A stretch of DNA of 63,477 nt, the filler included, from Welwitschia mirabilis (lineage: Eukaryota), in NCBI GenBank assembly GCA_051453625.1. It is 4 parts of one record of this genome, joined end to end, with 100 filler letters (N's around TTAATTAATTAA, not from the genome) between each part and the next. Parts side by side here need not be neighbours in the genome. Positions count along the whole stretch, not along the records: positions 1 to 31,178 come from JBOZIK010000001.1; 3 more parts are not named here. One strand, written 5' to 3'. Positions within the stretch are counted from its first letter, which is position 1, and every line of letters starts with the position of its first letter. Below the pieces are notes generated by a model that saw only the letters and a program-made list of their open reading frames with translations, was not told the DNA's origin and did not search any database. The position numbers and the translations under genes are program-made. Below are positions 13,781 to 27,163 of this stretch, piece by piece.

Positions 13781-14554
13781 AGTTTCGAGGATGAAACTTC
13801 TTGAAGGTTGGAGTATGTCACATCTAGACTTCTAAGGTCTAAAAGTTTAGCTTAAAAATTTAATTTAAATAATTTTTTTGTTATAGTATTCTTAAGCTAA
13901 TCTAGTTATTATATAATTTTTTCTATCATTGAGATATAATAATATTGTGGATAATTTTTGCTACAACTATTATTTTAAGTCCTTTTATTTTGTAATGGTC
14001 ATAATATTATTCTTGTCATAAATCCTTAATAATTTAATTGTGATGTTTTATGGTTAAGTTAGTAACTATGTTAATATCTATGATAGTGGCTAAATTAATG
14101 GTTAAAGTAGTGGTTATGTTATTGTATAAGTTAGTAGTTGCATTATTTTCCTTGTTTAATTGTTGTACTTTCTCTTTATTTAATCATGAAAATTATATTT
14201 ATGAGATGGTTCATTTTTATTTATTATTTTAATAAATGCATTATTATTTATTATGATAAAATATTATGCACACAATGGCCTAGTAAGGTAATGAAATCCC
14301 TATCACTTCCACAATCTTTACCACATCCACAACCTTTATGACCCTCTTTTATGATGGGTGTCTCTTCATGTTCTTGTTTCTTTTTACATTCTTCATCCTC
14401 AAGTATAAATTCCTCTTATTTCATATTTTGAAAAAGCCTTTGCTATTAAATCTTGGAAACTTCAAATTTGGAGCTTGAAAGTCTTAGAGCTTGGAATCTT
14501 TAGAAGTTCTTAAATCTTCATCTTAATTTCAAGTATGATTTTTTACTTATTGTA

Positions 14555-14720
14555 TATTCTTGTATGGTCTTTAGTTTAATCTATTTTTATATGGTTTTTG
14601 GCTTGATGTATTTTCTTATATGGTTTTTGGCTTAGCCTATCTTCTTATATGGTTTTTGGCTTGCATTATTTTCTTATATGATTTATTAATTTAATCTATT
14701 TCTTATATGATTCTTGTCTT
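14555..14720 (+). repeat. ~29-bp tandem array (about 6 copies) in LTR
   Basis: Recurring TTCTTATATGGTTTTTGGCTT core. Confidence 0.8.
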
Positions 14721-14917
14721 ACTTCATCTCTTACATTTTGTTTATATTTTGTAATGCTTATATTCTTAAAGATTTATTTGTTATCTTACATATTATTGAA
14801 GCTTGTAAGTTTTGTTCATAAATCATACACCATGTTTAGGGTTCTTTCACCTCAATTCTTACCCATATTGATTTAAGATTATAACCTTTTATTGACCTAT
14901 ATTAGTATATTTAACTT

Positions 14918-15095
14918 TCTCTAGAGAGTAATTGGAGTAAATGGACCCCTCTAGATGTGTTGGTTTGGATTATAGTAAATTACCTCTAGAGAGTAAAGTG
15001 AGTAAATTAGACTCCTTAGGATATGTCCATCCAGATTACTATACATTGCCTCTAAAGAGTAAAGGGAGTAAATGGCCTCCTCTGGATGAGTGCAA
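14918..15095 (+). repeat. ~65-bp tandem repeat (3 copies) in LTR
   Basis: Recurring CTCTAGAGAGTAAnnGAGTAAAT core. Confidence 0.75.
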
Positions 15096-16039
15096 TTAGA
15101 TAAATTAAAAATGTTATTTTGGTTACATCTTGCATTTCATTTTGAATTATTTAATAGTACATATTGAATTGTTTGGCACTACATTATTAGATTGTCTTGA
15201 TCACATTTTGATTCTTCTTGAGAATCCTATCATGTACTTGGAATTCCCTTACCTAAACCTTATGACGAACCATACTGGAAATTGTAAATGCTATAGTTCT
15301 CATATCATTCTTGCACCTATAGGACCTACTATAAAGAAAGACCTTAGAATGAGCTAGCTAATGCAAGATCAAATTAGTGCCATTTTTCATGTTTATTATT
15401 TAGATGCATGTACTTATTTGAAGGACTTTGGGTGTCCTAGTAAAATTGTGATTATTGTACTTAGATTTATTTTAGTATTAAGAAAGTATTACAAATATAT
15501 GCATATATTAGAAATTTATATATCTCCATTTTATTGGAAGCATTATGAGTGTTATTTATTCTTTCTTAATTCAAAGTTATATGTCCATGTTTGTATTTTA
15601 TAGATTTATTGTACTCTTAATTTAAGCCATAAATGGTATAGTTGAAAATAACATGTAGTAAAGGTTATTTATTATTTATAGAAAAATAATTCTTAAGTGT
15701 CTTTTTTGCAGAGATGTTTTAAACCAAGTAACATTCATAGTTATTAGGTTAAAATTTAAGACATTATACTTCAGTATTAGAGTAAGCTTGAAATTATCTG
15801 TTTTGAATTTTAGGATGTTACAGTGTGTTGTTTGAAGCCTTAGCTTGTGAAAAGTTTAGAACATTAAATATTAGATCCCATAATCTTATCTAAATTATTT
15901 ATTAAAACTATTTTAGATGTATTAAACCTTTTTATTCCTTCTTCTCTAACCCTCTTATATAAGCGACAATCTTGTTAAGAATTTAATATCATTTGATAAA
16001 AATTAGTATTTATCTTTAGGTTATGGATTGTATGTATTC

Positions 16040-16625
16040 TTCTACTTGAAGAATTTGGCACTATATTTGTTTTACATGCATGAAAATTTACTATTACATC
16101 ATAGTCTTGCAAAAACTCTATCCATCTTTTTTGTCTAAGATTTATTAGGTTAGGTATGAATATATTTCAGACTCTTATGATCATTCTAGATTTCTACATT
16201 CTCTCCATAAAGGTAATTTCTCTAAGTCTTTAGTGCATGAATTACTATAGCTAAGTTCAAATCATAAACATAATGATTCTTTTTATAATTGTTTAATGTT
16301 ATAGAGGCATAGGTAATAACCTTATCATCTTGAATTAAGATGACTCCTATTCCTTCTCTTAATGCATCAGTATAAACTGCATAAGTTTTTCCTAGTTCTA
16401 GCATTTTGAGGATAAGGACTAAAATAAGGGCTAATTTTAATGTTTGAAAATGTCTTTCACATCAATCTGTTGATGCAAATCCATTAGTCTTCTTTAATAT
16501 GAAGGTTAAAGGAATAGTAATTTTATAAGAATTGGTAACAAACCTTCTATAATAATCTATAAGAATAAGAAAACTCCTCATTTCCATTATTAATTCTAGT
16601 TTAGATAAATTCATAACTACCATAG
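16040..16625 (-). pseudogene. Ty3/gypsy (Tekay-like) RT thumb and RNase H fragment
   Basis: ORF 16222-16404 VYTDALREGIGVILIQDDKVITYAS...YDLNLAIVIHALK matches gypsy RNase H; YYRRFV-like segment upstream. Confidence 0.9.
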
Positions 16626-17470
16626 TTCATTTTAGCTAATTTAAGTTGAAAATGTCTTTCATATTCAAAGACATCTCTGAGTAGCATAGACATCTTTGAC
16701 CTATTAGATATCATTTCTAAGTTTATATAGTTAAAAAAAGATATCTTTGATGTATTATATGTCTATCCTGAAAGTTTTGTTTTCTATAATTAAATTTTAG
16801 TTCTGCGAAGACATATTTGAAACTAGTAGATTTCTATTATGTTAATAACTTAAAAACTAAGTTTTATGAATACATATCTAAGGCTAAAAGACATCTATCT
16901 CATGTGTTATAGATGTCTAATTACTGAAAGACATCTATCCTATAAGTCATTTTGCAAATAGGATTCTAAAAATGCTAAAACAAAGTCCTAGTGAAAAAAT
17001 TTGAAGTCTAACTCATCTTCTATCACATCTAGATCAAATAAATGCTTCAAAGATGAATTTAAAGACTTAAAAATATAATTATTTTAATATCTTTCTTTAA
17101 ATGTAAAAATATTTTTCTTCTTTGATGAAATGACATAATAACATTTACAATAATTAAGTCTTTATACAAATCTTTAAGGATCATCAATATTTGATTAGAT
17201 CTTTTAAATGCAACTTGAAATCTTTTTTATTTATTAAAATATGCTTGTACTTAAACTCACTTACATGATATTTCTTATAATATTTAAATCTTAAAGTATT
17301 TAAATAAAAACATATCTAAAAATGAAGAATGAAGTTATCTAGGCATAAATCAACTAAATGAATAATGAATTTTAACTTATTTTAATCTTTTAGGCATAAA
17401 ATAAAGCATAAAGATAAGCTAAAACAATAGGCAAACATCAAGTAAAAGATCTAGTACAAATTCTCTAGCA
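16625..17470 (-). repeat. Putative 3' LTR (partial) with AGACATCT/AGATGTCT motifs
   Basis: Minus-strand start TGCTAGAG at 17470; lies downstream of RNase H; same motif as the SIRE-like LTRs. Confidence 0.55.
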
Positions 17471-17701
17471 TTTCATTCTTCTTTAAGAGACATCAGTTTT
17501 CTTCTATTGATTACATCAATCAAGTCTTTTATAGAGGGTTTTGAAGTTATGCCTTTTTTCCCTAATTCATATGGGATATAATCCCTTAAAAAACATACTA
17601 ATATTTTTCATCACATAAACTTTCCTAATATTAAAAATTTCTAAACAACATTGGAAAATTATTATAACATAAAACATATTATATGTCCAAGTTAGATCAT
17701 A

Positions 17702-19591
17702 TTACATTAATAATTTCTCCTTTAGGATAATGCAAAAATTAGATGTTGGAGACATAAAAATCATGTTTGATTTGAAGATGAAATACTCCATTTTGTATAT
17801 TAGTTGCTTCTTTGCTAATATGTCAACAGCCTGTTCATTTGTAAAAACATTCTTTGGCATGGTTACTCCATCCTTCATCTTGTCCTTGATGAAATAATAT
17901 TTGATTTTAATGTGCTTACTTTTCTTGTGAAGAGGATGTTCTTGAGGAATCATTATGGTTGGCATATTGTTAACAAACATATCAATTAGTGTTTTCACTT
18001 TTAATTACAATTGTTCAAATAATTTCAACATCCATTAAACATGTTCAAGAGAGTTAATCATAGAGGTGTATTTGACTTCAGGGGATGAAAGAGACATACA
18101 TATTTGTTTCTTTAACTTCCAATAAATTGGATTTCTTCCATAAAATATAATAATACCAAAAGTAAATTTTCTATCTTCAATGGATCCCCTCTAATCAGCA
18201 TTACAATAAGAACGAATATCTCCATCTCCTTTTTCAAATTTAATCACATGTCTAAGTATGCCAAGTACATACTTATGAGATGTTTTAAAGTAACAAGATG
18301 ATTCTCTCTTGGTTTAATCATACATCTATACATAAATAATGGTGTGAATTTAATATTAGATATTATATGACATAAAAATCTTAAGAATCCTATCATGGAC
18401 CTATAAAGAAAAGCATCCACCTCCTTGATGAATCTTTCCTTTCAATTTTGAGATTTTTAAGTAGTCAAGTGGTAGTTGATTTTGCTTTAAGTAGCTTATA
18501 TTTTTTCATCATGGATTATGAAAACTTTGATTGATGTGTAATCATGAAGTCTTTGATTTGGTTAACTTAAATGTCCAAAAAATATTTAAGAATACCAATA
18601 TCTTTCATTTTAAATTTAGTTTTCATTTTAACCTAGAATTATTCAATCATTTTCTTACATGTAGCAAAGAATACTATGTCATTAACATAAAGACATGTCA
18701 TAATTAAATGATAATTTAAGTGTTTGAAATATGAATTAGGCATTAAAATTCATGCTTTATAGTTTTTTTCAATCAAGTAATCATTACTTCTTATTAATCA
18801 AGACCTTAGAGCTTATTTGAGGCCATTAAGAGATTTTTTAATTTTGCATACTTTTTTTTCTTGGCCTTCAATAAAAAAACCTTTAAGTTGAAAAATGTAT
18901 ATTCTTTTTCTAGATTTCCATTTAAAAATGCACTATTTACATTCATTTGATGTGAAAAATAGCCTCCATGAATTGCTAAATAAATCATGAATTTTATAGT
19001 TTTAAACTTGGCAACTGGTGCAAAAATTTCTTCATAATTAATGTGCTTCTTTTGCTTGTAGATTCTCGTAACTAGCCTTCCTTTGTAACCTGTGACAATG
19101 CATTTTTCATCCATTTTTATTTTGAAGATAAATTTTAAGTTAATGGTTTTCTTTTCCTTTAGCTTTTCCACAAGTTTTCATGTGCCTTTTTTTGTATTAC
19201 ATTCATTTCTTGCTCCATTTATTCTCTCCAAATTGAATATTAAAGAGCTTCCTCTACTAATTTTGGTTTATCAATTGAGGCTAAATATGATACATGAGAT
19301 GTACTCATCCTTCTTGCAAATATCCTATTAAAATATGTGTTTAATATTTGAAAAGGTGGATGATCTTTAACAATTCTTAATTTCATAGATGGATAAGAAT
19401 TAATGGATTGATCACTCATATTATCTTTTTCATAATATAAGTGTACTAAATCAAATTTTGATTCATCAAACTTAACATGTCTAGAAATGTAATATCTTTG
19501 ACTAATGGATTCAAGACATTTATATCCATAATATTTTATATCATATCTAATAACAATGAAATTCCTAGTTTTAGAATCAAGTTTATATGTT
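17702..19591 (-). pseudogene. Copia RNase H, RT and integrase C-terminal pseudogene
   Basis: HKKSKHIKIKYYFIKD and EQAVDILAK (ORF 17702); YKGRLV, YEEIFAPVAK and HQMNVNSAFLNGNL (ORF 18806). Confidence 0.92.
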
Positions 19592-20367
19592 TGTTGTGTT
19601 ATGTATCATGCTTACCTAAGATGTAGATTATATCTTAAAACATTCTTAAGTAATTGCAAGCAAATGTACAAGGTACAGAGTAAGTCAATCCAGGTTCATA
19701 GACTTAAAGAATAAAATGGACTGAATAAAACCTAATTCTTTAGATAAAAGAGATAAGAGAAGAAAATGGTTTATGTTTTTAATTTAAGGAAAGGAAAATA
19801 AATAATGCAAATGATGACACGCAATGGGATGAATGCAAATAAAAGTGGAAATGAAATGAAATGGAAATGAAAATCCTAAATGTAATTAACGAACATTTTT
19901 ACCACATTGTTATAAACCAAGTTGGCCCTCATACTATATATCAAAATCAGATTTAATCTAGAAGAGTATTAAATTGACATCAACATAAAGTATAAAGAAT
20001 ATAGAGAGAGAGAGAGAGAGAGAGAGAGNNNNNNNNNNNNNNNNNNNNNNNNNNNNNNNNNNNNNNNNNNNNNNNNNNNNNNNNNNNNNNNNNNNNNNNN
20101 NNNNNNNNNNNNNNNNNNNNNNNNNNNNNNNNNNNNNNNNNNNNNNNNNNNNNNNNNNNNNNNNNNNNNNNNNNNNNNNNNNNNNNNNNNNNNNNNNNNN
20201 NNNNNNNNNNNNNNNNNNNNNNNNNNNNNNNNNNNNNNNNNNNNNNNNNNNNNNNNNNNNNNNNNNNNNNNNNNNNNNNNNNNNNNNNNNNNNNNNNNNN
20301 NNNNNNNNNNNNNNNNNNNNNNNNNNNNNNNNNNNNNNNNNNNNNNNNNNNNNNNNNNNNNNNNNNN

Positions 20368-21391
20368 ATGAAGCATGTTTTCACGATAGAAGTTGGATGT
20401 ATAAATGTATTATTTGAGGGATTTATTATAATGTAGAAAATAGAGAGATGTTATCTTTTATTTATTTTATTTCTAAATTTTGAAAAATGTATGATTTTAT
20501 TTTGTAAAAAAACAAAAAGATGTTTGTACAATATATTCCTCTTTTGCGTGATTGTTTTCTTAAAACGAAAGCAATGATGATTAGAATTATTTTTATTAGG
20601 TAAACAATCCATTAAATATTCACATATTGTATGCTTGCATGTGTATGGTGTATTCATTTCACTAAAATAAGATAATCTCAATAATTATTCATCCCATACT
20701 TAGATTTCATCATCAAGGTGGGGTGTATGGTACTTTTATTTCCAAACCCTTCTGAAAGTGGAATTGATCACCACTATCCTGTCCTATCCATGCATGGACT
20801 TACTCCAAGTTAATATCTCGAGCCCTTTGTATTAAAGGATCATGCACCATCCTGTGATGATTCAAGAAAGTCGAGGTCACTTGTAAGCATGCATACACCT
20901 CACGTACCGCGCATTACCTGCATTGGGGGTATATCGAGGTGAAGTATAAGCCTATGGAGTTGAGTCCAGCCATGTTTGTATAGTTTAGAACCTGAAGTAA
21001 AATCAACTTACATCTAGAGGATGGTCAGATATCGAGTTAGAATGCCATTAATAGGAGATACAACCTTCTATTATATTAGTTAGGCACCATCCTAAAACTT
21101 ATCCATTATATGTGATAAAATAAGTTAACATCCCATCAACTTTATATAAGATATTTTTGTGTGGTAAAAACAAAGTTAAAAATAAATATAGGACACAATT
21201 TTGACATCGTTGTTATCTGCAAATCAAAAGGATCTATAGTTAAGTAATATCTATGTTTTCTAATTATTTTAAATCTTATAATGTGTTAATAGAGTCTAAA
21301 TAGGATTTAATCCTAGGTTCCATTGTGCATGTTAGTTAATAAAGCTAAAAAAATTATGGTTAATTAGGGTAATTGAAGTTAGGGTGTTACA
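20368..21391 (+). mobile_element. Tekay-like LTR fragment nested in the Athila-type LTR
   Basis: Absent from the partner LTR; ends AGGGTGTTACA; 5' end hidden in the gap. Confidence 0.6.
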
Positions 21392-21509
21392 AAAAGAGAG
21401 ATAAGAAATGAGGAACCTAAATGGGGCACTTATAGGTTTGGATTAACTATTCAGATTACCAAGGAGTAGTAATGAATCAAGAGTAATCATATCACTAATT
21501 TTGTAATTT

Positions 21510-21770
21510 CATCTTGGTGTAATATCTTCTTCCACATGTCTTTTTGGTGTAATATCTTCTTGGTATAAAATCTTCTTGGTATAACATCTTTTTAACATAA
21601 TGTATTCTTAGTGTAATGTCTTCTTACATATGTCTTCTTGATGTAATGTCTTCTTCGTGTAAGGTCTTCTTGGTATAATGTATTTTGGTATAACATATTA
21701 TTAGTATAACATCTTTTTAGCATAATATATTATTGGCATAACATCTTGTTGGAATAGAATTTTCTTGGCC
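21510..21770. repeat. 16-bp tandem array GGTGTAATGTCTTCTT
   Basis: Multiple degenerate units visible. Confidence 0.85.
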
Positions 21771-23859
21771 CTCTTGATCATTACTTATTAATTAAATTAG
21801 ATCCATAATCCTTTAGGTAAGTTAAGGTGTTTGAAATATGCCAGAATTCAAAATGTCAAAAATTAATGGTTTGTTTAATCATATTGATAGATATTTAAAG
21901 TTCTCCTAATTTTCTTATAAACATATCAAATATACCTATAGTTACACTCTAATAACACTGTTAAATAGGACAATTTAACCTCACAACATAAACCTTACTA
22001 AGGATTTGTTAGTTCCTAATTAAAAAAAGTAGCAAAGAATAGAAGTAAGCCAAATTGAAAAAGGAATGAAAAATAGCACTTAAGAATAAAGGATCTTAAA
22101 CTGTTAAATATAGAGTGCATCTAATTTTAGCATATAAAAATAATATTCTAATTAAACATCATAAGCAAGATTTACATTAAATTCAAAGCAATTATCCTAG
22201 TTTTATTAAAAAAACTTAAACCAAATTCATTCCAATTAAATCCAATCTTTTAATGATTCCAAGTATTCCATACCCATGAAGTAGATAACTTCATCCCAAA
22301 TTTTTAAATAAGTTACTTATAATGATCATAAGAAATATGTTGAAAATTTCAAGGGATGTTAAAAAAAAATAAAAACTAAGAAGAAAAAATATAAACATAA
22401 AATAAGAAATAAAAGAATAGTAAGGTAAATCATCATGAAAACAAATGTTGAACTAGTTAGATCCTTGATCCTAATCTTATGAAATCCAATACTTTATGTG
22501 CAAGAAAGAAAAATGTAAATCTTTTTCAAATATCAAATTATTTCTCTAATGCTTTGTTCTTATTCTAAATACAAAAGATGCTATTAATAACTTTAAAATC
22601 ATCTAGCTTAATGAATAGAAACAAATACATTTTATTAGAACATTTTCTATTTGAAGTTAATCACTTATCAATAGTCTCTCATTTTCAATTAAAAATACAT
22701 AATTCTTGACTAGTAAAACATCATAGTTTTCTTTGAATAGTATGGATAAAAATGACAATGTACTAATTAAAATTGGCGTATCATAGCTATTATCTCAAGC
22801 ATAAACTTAAAAGATGGCTATAAATTAATAATATTTGATAATGTAATAATCATGATGCACTTCAAGGTGTGCCTCCTTTTACCTTGTATTCCTTCCATTA
22901 TGCAGTGTTCCATTCTAAACCACTAACCTTTCTTTTATTACAAGCAACAGAAATTGTTAGATAAGACATATGTCGTTAAGTAACTTTGCCTCCTTTGTGG
23001 TAATCCTTAAGATATATTAGGAGTGATTATCATAATATAAATTAACATTTTCTTTTTCTTTTTCTTTTTCTTTTTCTTTTTCTTTTCCTTTTTCTTTTTC
23101 TATCTCCTCTTTCTTTAGAAAAATGAAAAAATGTTTATACATTATTAAAGTACTAATAACTTGTAGCCTTAAAAAATGAAGAGGATGAAGATACAAGGTA
23201 CATAATATGAATAACTTTATTAAGCATATTTTCCTCTACTATAATGAAAGTTCATAGGGATTTGAATGCCTTTCAATCGATTAAAATCTAATTAATCACC
23301 CATAAATTACAAATTACTGAAATGCTTAAACATGCTACATGATAAAAAAATTAAAAAAATCAAGTTAAGATATGTTAAAAAATAGAAACTATTTGAATAA
23401 TTACATTTACATGAGGATAAGGGGTGGACATCTCTTCAAAAAATGAGGATGCACTAAATTAATTGCTACAAATAAAATGTAGTTTCTTTACTTTACATTT
23501 ATCTCTATGCCCAAAAAATTAGATATTCCAACATAGTTATTGCATTGTACTTTCTTTTTAGGAAAAATAAGGACTAAACCATATGGAATCCAACTAATAG
23601 ATCATAAAGGATGTTCATTCATTTTTTAAAGAAATAAATTAGTAATAAATAATATGATTAAACAATACCTTGAATTTACAAAATTTATTAGCAATATAGG
23701 AGATATATAATATATATATTTTATGAAAAAAAAACCTCTTATCAAACTCATGATTTAAACAATTTAAAACATAGAGTTCATTCAAAGATTAACATTGAGA
23801 ATGAAAGAAAGACATCACTGATACTATAACGAATGTAATAAATTTGAGGAATTTTTTTA

Positions 23860-25300
23860 GAATGACTAATTAGAATAGGTTTAATATACTTAAGAGGTTT
23901 CGTAAGATTTAAGTCTAAGCATGAATTATTATTAAGAAGATAAGGTTTAGCCTAATTTAGAATTCCAAGATATCCCAAGTCATACCTTTGAAAAGAGTTT
24001 TTATTAAAGGCATAAGGTAAATTAGAATTTTTAGGAAATGAAAGGATGTTACTTTGAATATTACATGGGGCTTAAAGAGGAAGATATTTAGAAACATTAG
24101 AAATAGACTCCTCAAAGTTATGGGTTTCATTAAAAACAAGAAAATGGATGTAGTTTTGAGATTCATGTAAATGTTAAAATGGAAGAGATGAAGAAACATT
24201 ATCAAAATCACAAGGTAATGTGGAATTTGAAGTAGAAGAAATGATGTTATTCGAGATTTGACATGAAAGAACAAGTGGAAGGGATGAAGAGCTATAAGTA
24301 ATCTCTTCATGTTCAATTATTGCATTGGAAAGGTCAAGTCTATTCTCTATTAAGTTTGGCTGAATTTCCATGGGTTCTTCATTATTCCTCTTTACTTCAT
24401 TACTTTATTGAATGCTTTCTTCACTTTTTTCAACATCATCTGTAAATATATCATCATTTTTTATTATTTTCATAATTATTTTTTTGAGTATTATTGTCAT
24501 TCTTTAAGTTGTTAGTTTTCTTAATAAACTCACAAGGATAAATACACTCATCATCTTCATCATGTGTTAGATTTTTTTTTGATTTTTCTTGAGTTGATAC
24601 TTCTTTTCCATCACATTCTAAAAATACATGGAGATTAGGAATATGATCTATTATTTCTATATCATCCTCATCATCCTTATCATTATTGTTTATTTGCTAA
24701 GTTAAATCTTTACTATCCTCACTTTGCTTCTTTTCTAGAGGATGGTAAATGGAAAATTTCTCCAAAGTCTCATTATTTATCCTATCTTATCATCTTCCAA
24801 GTAATAATTATTTCTATTACAAATTTTAACATTTTCTGCTTTAGTCCAAGGTGGGATGTAGTAGACATAGTGGGCTAGGCTTGAGAATATTGCTCTTTCC
24901 CATAGATTTGTATGAAATTCTACTAATCTCTCCATATTATTATTGAACTTTTTACTTTTTGTACACATTAGTAAATAGATTATCATAGGGAAACTACATC
25001 TTCTTCATTTCTCTCTATGGAAGGTAATTAGGATTTGCCAAAATGGTTGTAAAAGGATTTTCTAAAGGAGGAAGAAATTCTAAAACATTAAGGATCATCA
25101 TCATTATTAAAAGAAGGTTGAAAAGAAGAAAAAGGGAAAAAAATAAGGTAATTACAAAGAGCAAGGAATCCAATTCTTAATTTTAACATCTTTTAAAGAT
25201 AAGTCCCTTTTTCTTTTACCCACAATGTCATGAATAAGTATATGTTTCCTTCTTTAATAAACACTTTCACATACAGATTTCTTATCATCTATGCGTTCAC
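23860..25300 (-). pseudogene. Degenerate ORF of unknown function inside the Athila-type element
   Basis: Peptide blocks DIEIIDHIPNLHVFLE, MEIQPNLIENRL and FQRYDLGYLGILN*AKPYL match blocks in 58990-60570. Confidence 0.6.
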
Positions 25301-25751
25301 TCACTAACCATGAATTCCATTTTCTCTCTATAATAACTTCATTTACAAATCTTATTTCTTTCATGGGAGCATCATTCTTAAATGGAACATTCTTTCTTAT
25401 TTATATAAAAATCTCACATAAAGTGTTTTTATTCCTTCCATAAGATAAAATGTTAGTGATGTCAAAAATTATAATGAATATTATGTACAACAATTTTCAA
25501 GATCACTTTGAAGAATAAGGAGTAGACCAATTATTAAATCTACCTACTAAAAATAGAATTCTAACTACTTAAAATAAAACTTACAAGAAAGAAAATTGAA
25601 AAATAGATTAAGAAGAGAGTAAATAAGCAAAATGTGGGACTAATGTACCACATCAAATCAAAGTAACACATTTAAGAAATGATATCACCTTGCTCTTAAT
25701 GTAGAATCTGATCTTCTAAAGGTTTACTTTCTTCCTTGAAATTGTGAATGC

Positions 25752-25773
25752 CTCCCTAGTAATGGCATCAAAA
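25752..25773 (-). promoter_or_regulatory. Athila-type PBS (degenerate)
   Basis: Reverse complement TTTTGATGCCATTACTAGGGAG versus consensus TTTTGGCGCCGTTGCCGGGGA. Confidence 0.75.
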
Positions 25774-27163
25774 TGTTGTGCTATGTGTTATGCTTATCTA
25801 ATCTACAAGTTATGTCTCAAAAAATTCTCAAGTAATGGTAAGAAAACACATAAGGTATAGAGTAATTTAACCTAGGCTTATAAACGTAAAGAAGAAAATG
25901 AGTTAAGAGAAACCTAATTCTTTAGATAAAAGAAAGAAGAGAAGAAAATAATTTATGTTTTTATGTTTAAGAAAAGGAAAATAAATAATGAAAATGATAA
26001 CACGTAATGAAATGAATGTAGATAAAAGTGGAAATGCAATGAAATGGAAATGAAAATCCTAAATGTAATTAAATGATATTTTTACCAAATTTTTATTATC
26101 CAAGTTGGCCCTAGTGGTCTATATCAAAATCAGATTTAATCTACAAGAGTATTAAATTGACATGAACATAAAGTATAAGGAATATGGAGAGAAAGTTTGA
26201 GAAAAAGAAGCATACTTTATAAACCTTTAACAAAATAAACTTCGTTACATCCACCTATAAGTAACAAATCCTTAATGAATAATACATAGCCTAATACTAA
26301 GGTAGTCCTTCTCATAAGTAAATGAATCTTCTTATCCAAGTTGCTCCAATGTTATAAGCAATTTAATGCAAAAAATAATGATAAGAAATGGGGAATCTAA
26401 GGGCCTTATTTCTAGGTTTAGATTAACTATTCAAGTGACCAAGGATTAGTAATAGATTAAGTGTAATTATATTACTAATTTTGTAATATTTTCTTGGTGT
26501 AATGTTTTCTTCCACATGTCTTCTTAGTATAACATCTTATTGGTTTAGATTAACTATTCAAGTGACCAAGGAGGAGTAATAGATTAAGAGTAATTATATT
26601 ACTAATTTTGTAATATTTTCTTGGTGTAATGTTTTCTTTCACATGTCTTCTTAGTATAACATCTTATTGGTGTAATGTCTTTTGGTGTAATGTCTTTTGG
26701 TGTAATCTCTTCTTGGTGTAATGTCTTCTTGGTATAATATCTTCTTACATACATTTTCTTAATGTAATGTCTTCTAGATGTAATGTCTTCTTAGTGTAAT
26801 GTCTTCTTAATGTAACATCTTCTTATTATAGCGTATATTCATGTAATGTCTTCTTAGTATGATGTCTTCTTAGTATAATGTCTTCTTCACATAACATCTT
26901 CTTAATGTAATGTTTTCTTAGCATAACATCTTTTTGGACCTCTTGATCATTACTTCTCAGTCTAAATTGGATCCATGATGATCTAGATAAGTTAATATAT
27001 TTGAAATACATTATAAAAAGGTCTAAAACATTAGAAATTGATGCTTCATTTAATCATCTTAATAGATCTTCAATTTTTTTATGATTTGCTTAGAAACCTA
27101 TTAAATATACTTGCAATCATACTCTAATAACATAATTAAATAGGTTAATTTGTGCTCACAACA
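25774..27163 (-). repeat. 5' LTR of Athila-type element
   Basis: Terminal TGTTGTG/CACAACA; internal ~128-bp duplication (~26415-26670) and 16-bp array to ~26940. Confidence 0.9.

Larger units (their letters stand above)
1..15868 (+). mobile_element. Degenerate Ty3/gypsy chromovirus (Tekay/Del-like) LTR retrotransposon, 5' LTR truncated by the window edge and interrupted by a copia insertion
   Basis: 1-764 plus 8590-8619 align to 15072-15868. PBS-like TTAGGTATCAAAG at 8621-8633. Tekay-type 3' end TTTCGAGGATGAAACTTCTTGAAGGTTGGAGTA followed by TGTCACA at 13783-13822. Integrase/chromodomain remnants just upstream. Confidence 0.85.
13816..15868 (+). repeat. 3' LTR of Tekay-like element
   Basis: Begins TGTCACATC after the PPT; 3' part matches 1-764 and 8590-8619; internal tandem arrays. 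Confidence 0.85.
19592..21988 (-). repeat. 3' LTR of Athila-type element (contains an N gap and a nested insertion)
   Basis: 19592-20005 and 21392-21988 align with 25774-27163. Confidence 0.85.
19592..27163 (-). mobile_element. Non-autonomous Athila-type LTR element without pol
   Basis: LTRs 19592-21988 and 25774-27163, both TGTTGTG...CACAACA; TSD ATGTT/ATGTC; degenerate Athila-type PBS at 25752-25773; no RT/RH/INT motifs seen in the 3.8 kb interior. Confidence 0.88.

Noticed and set aside
21510..21770. CRISPR-like short repeat array (also 26490-26940 and 14555-14720)
   Set aside because: Head-to-tail units without unique spacers, inside plant LTRs, and no cas genes.
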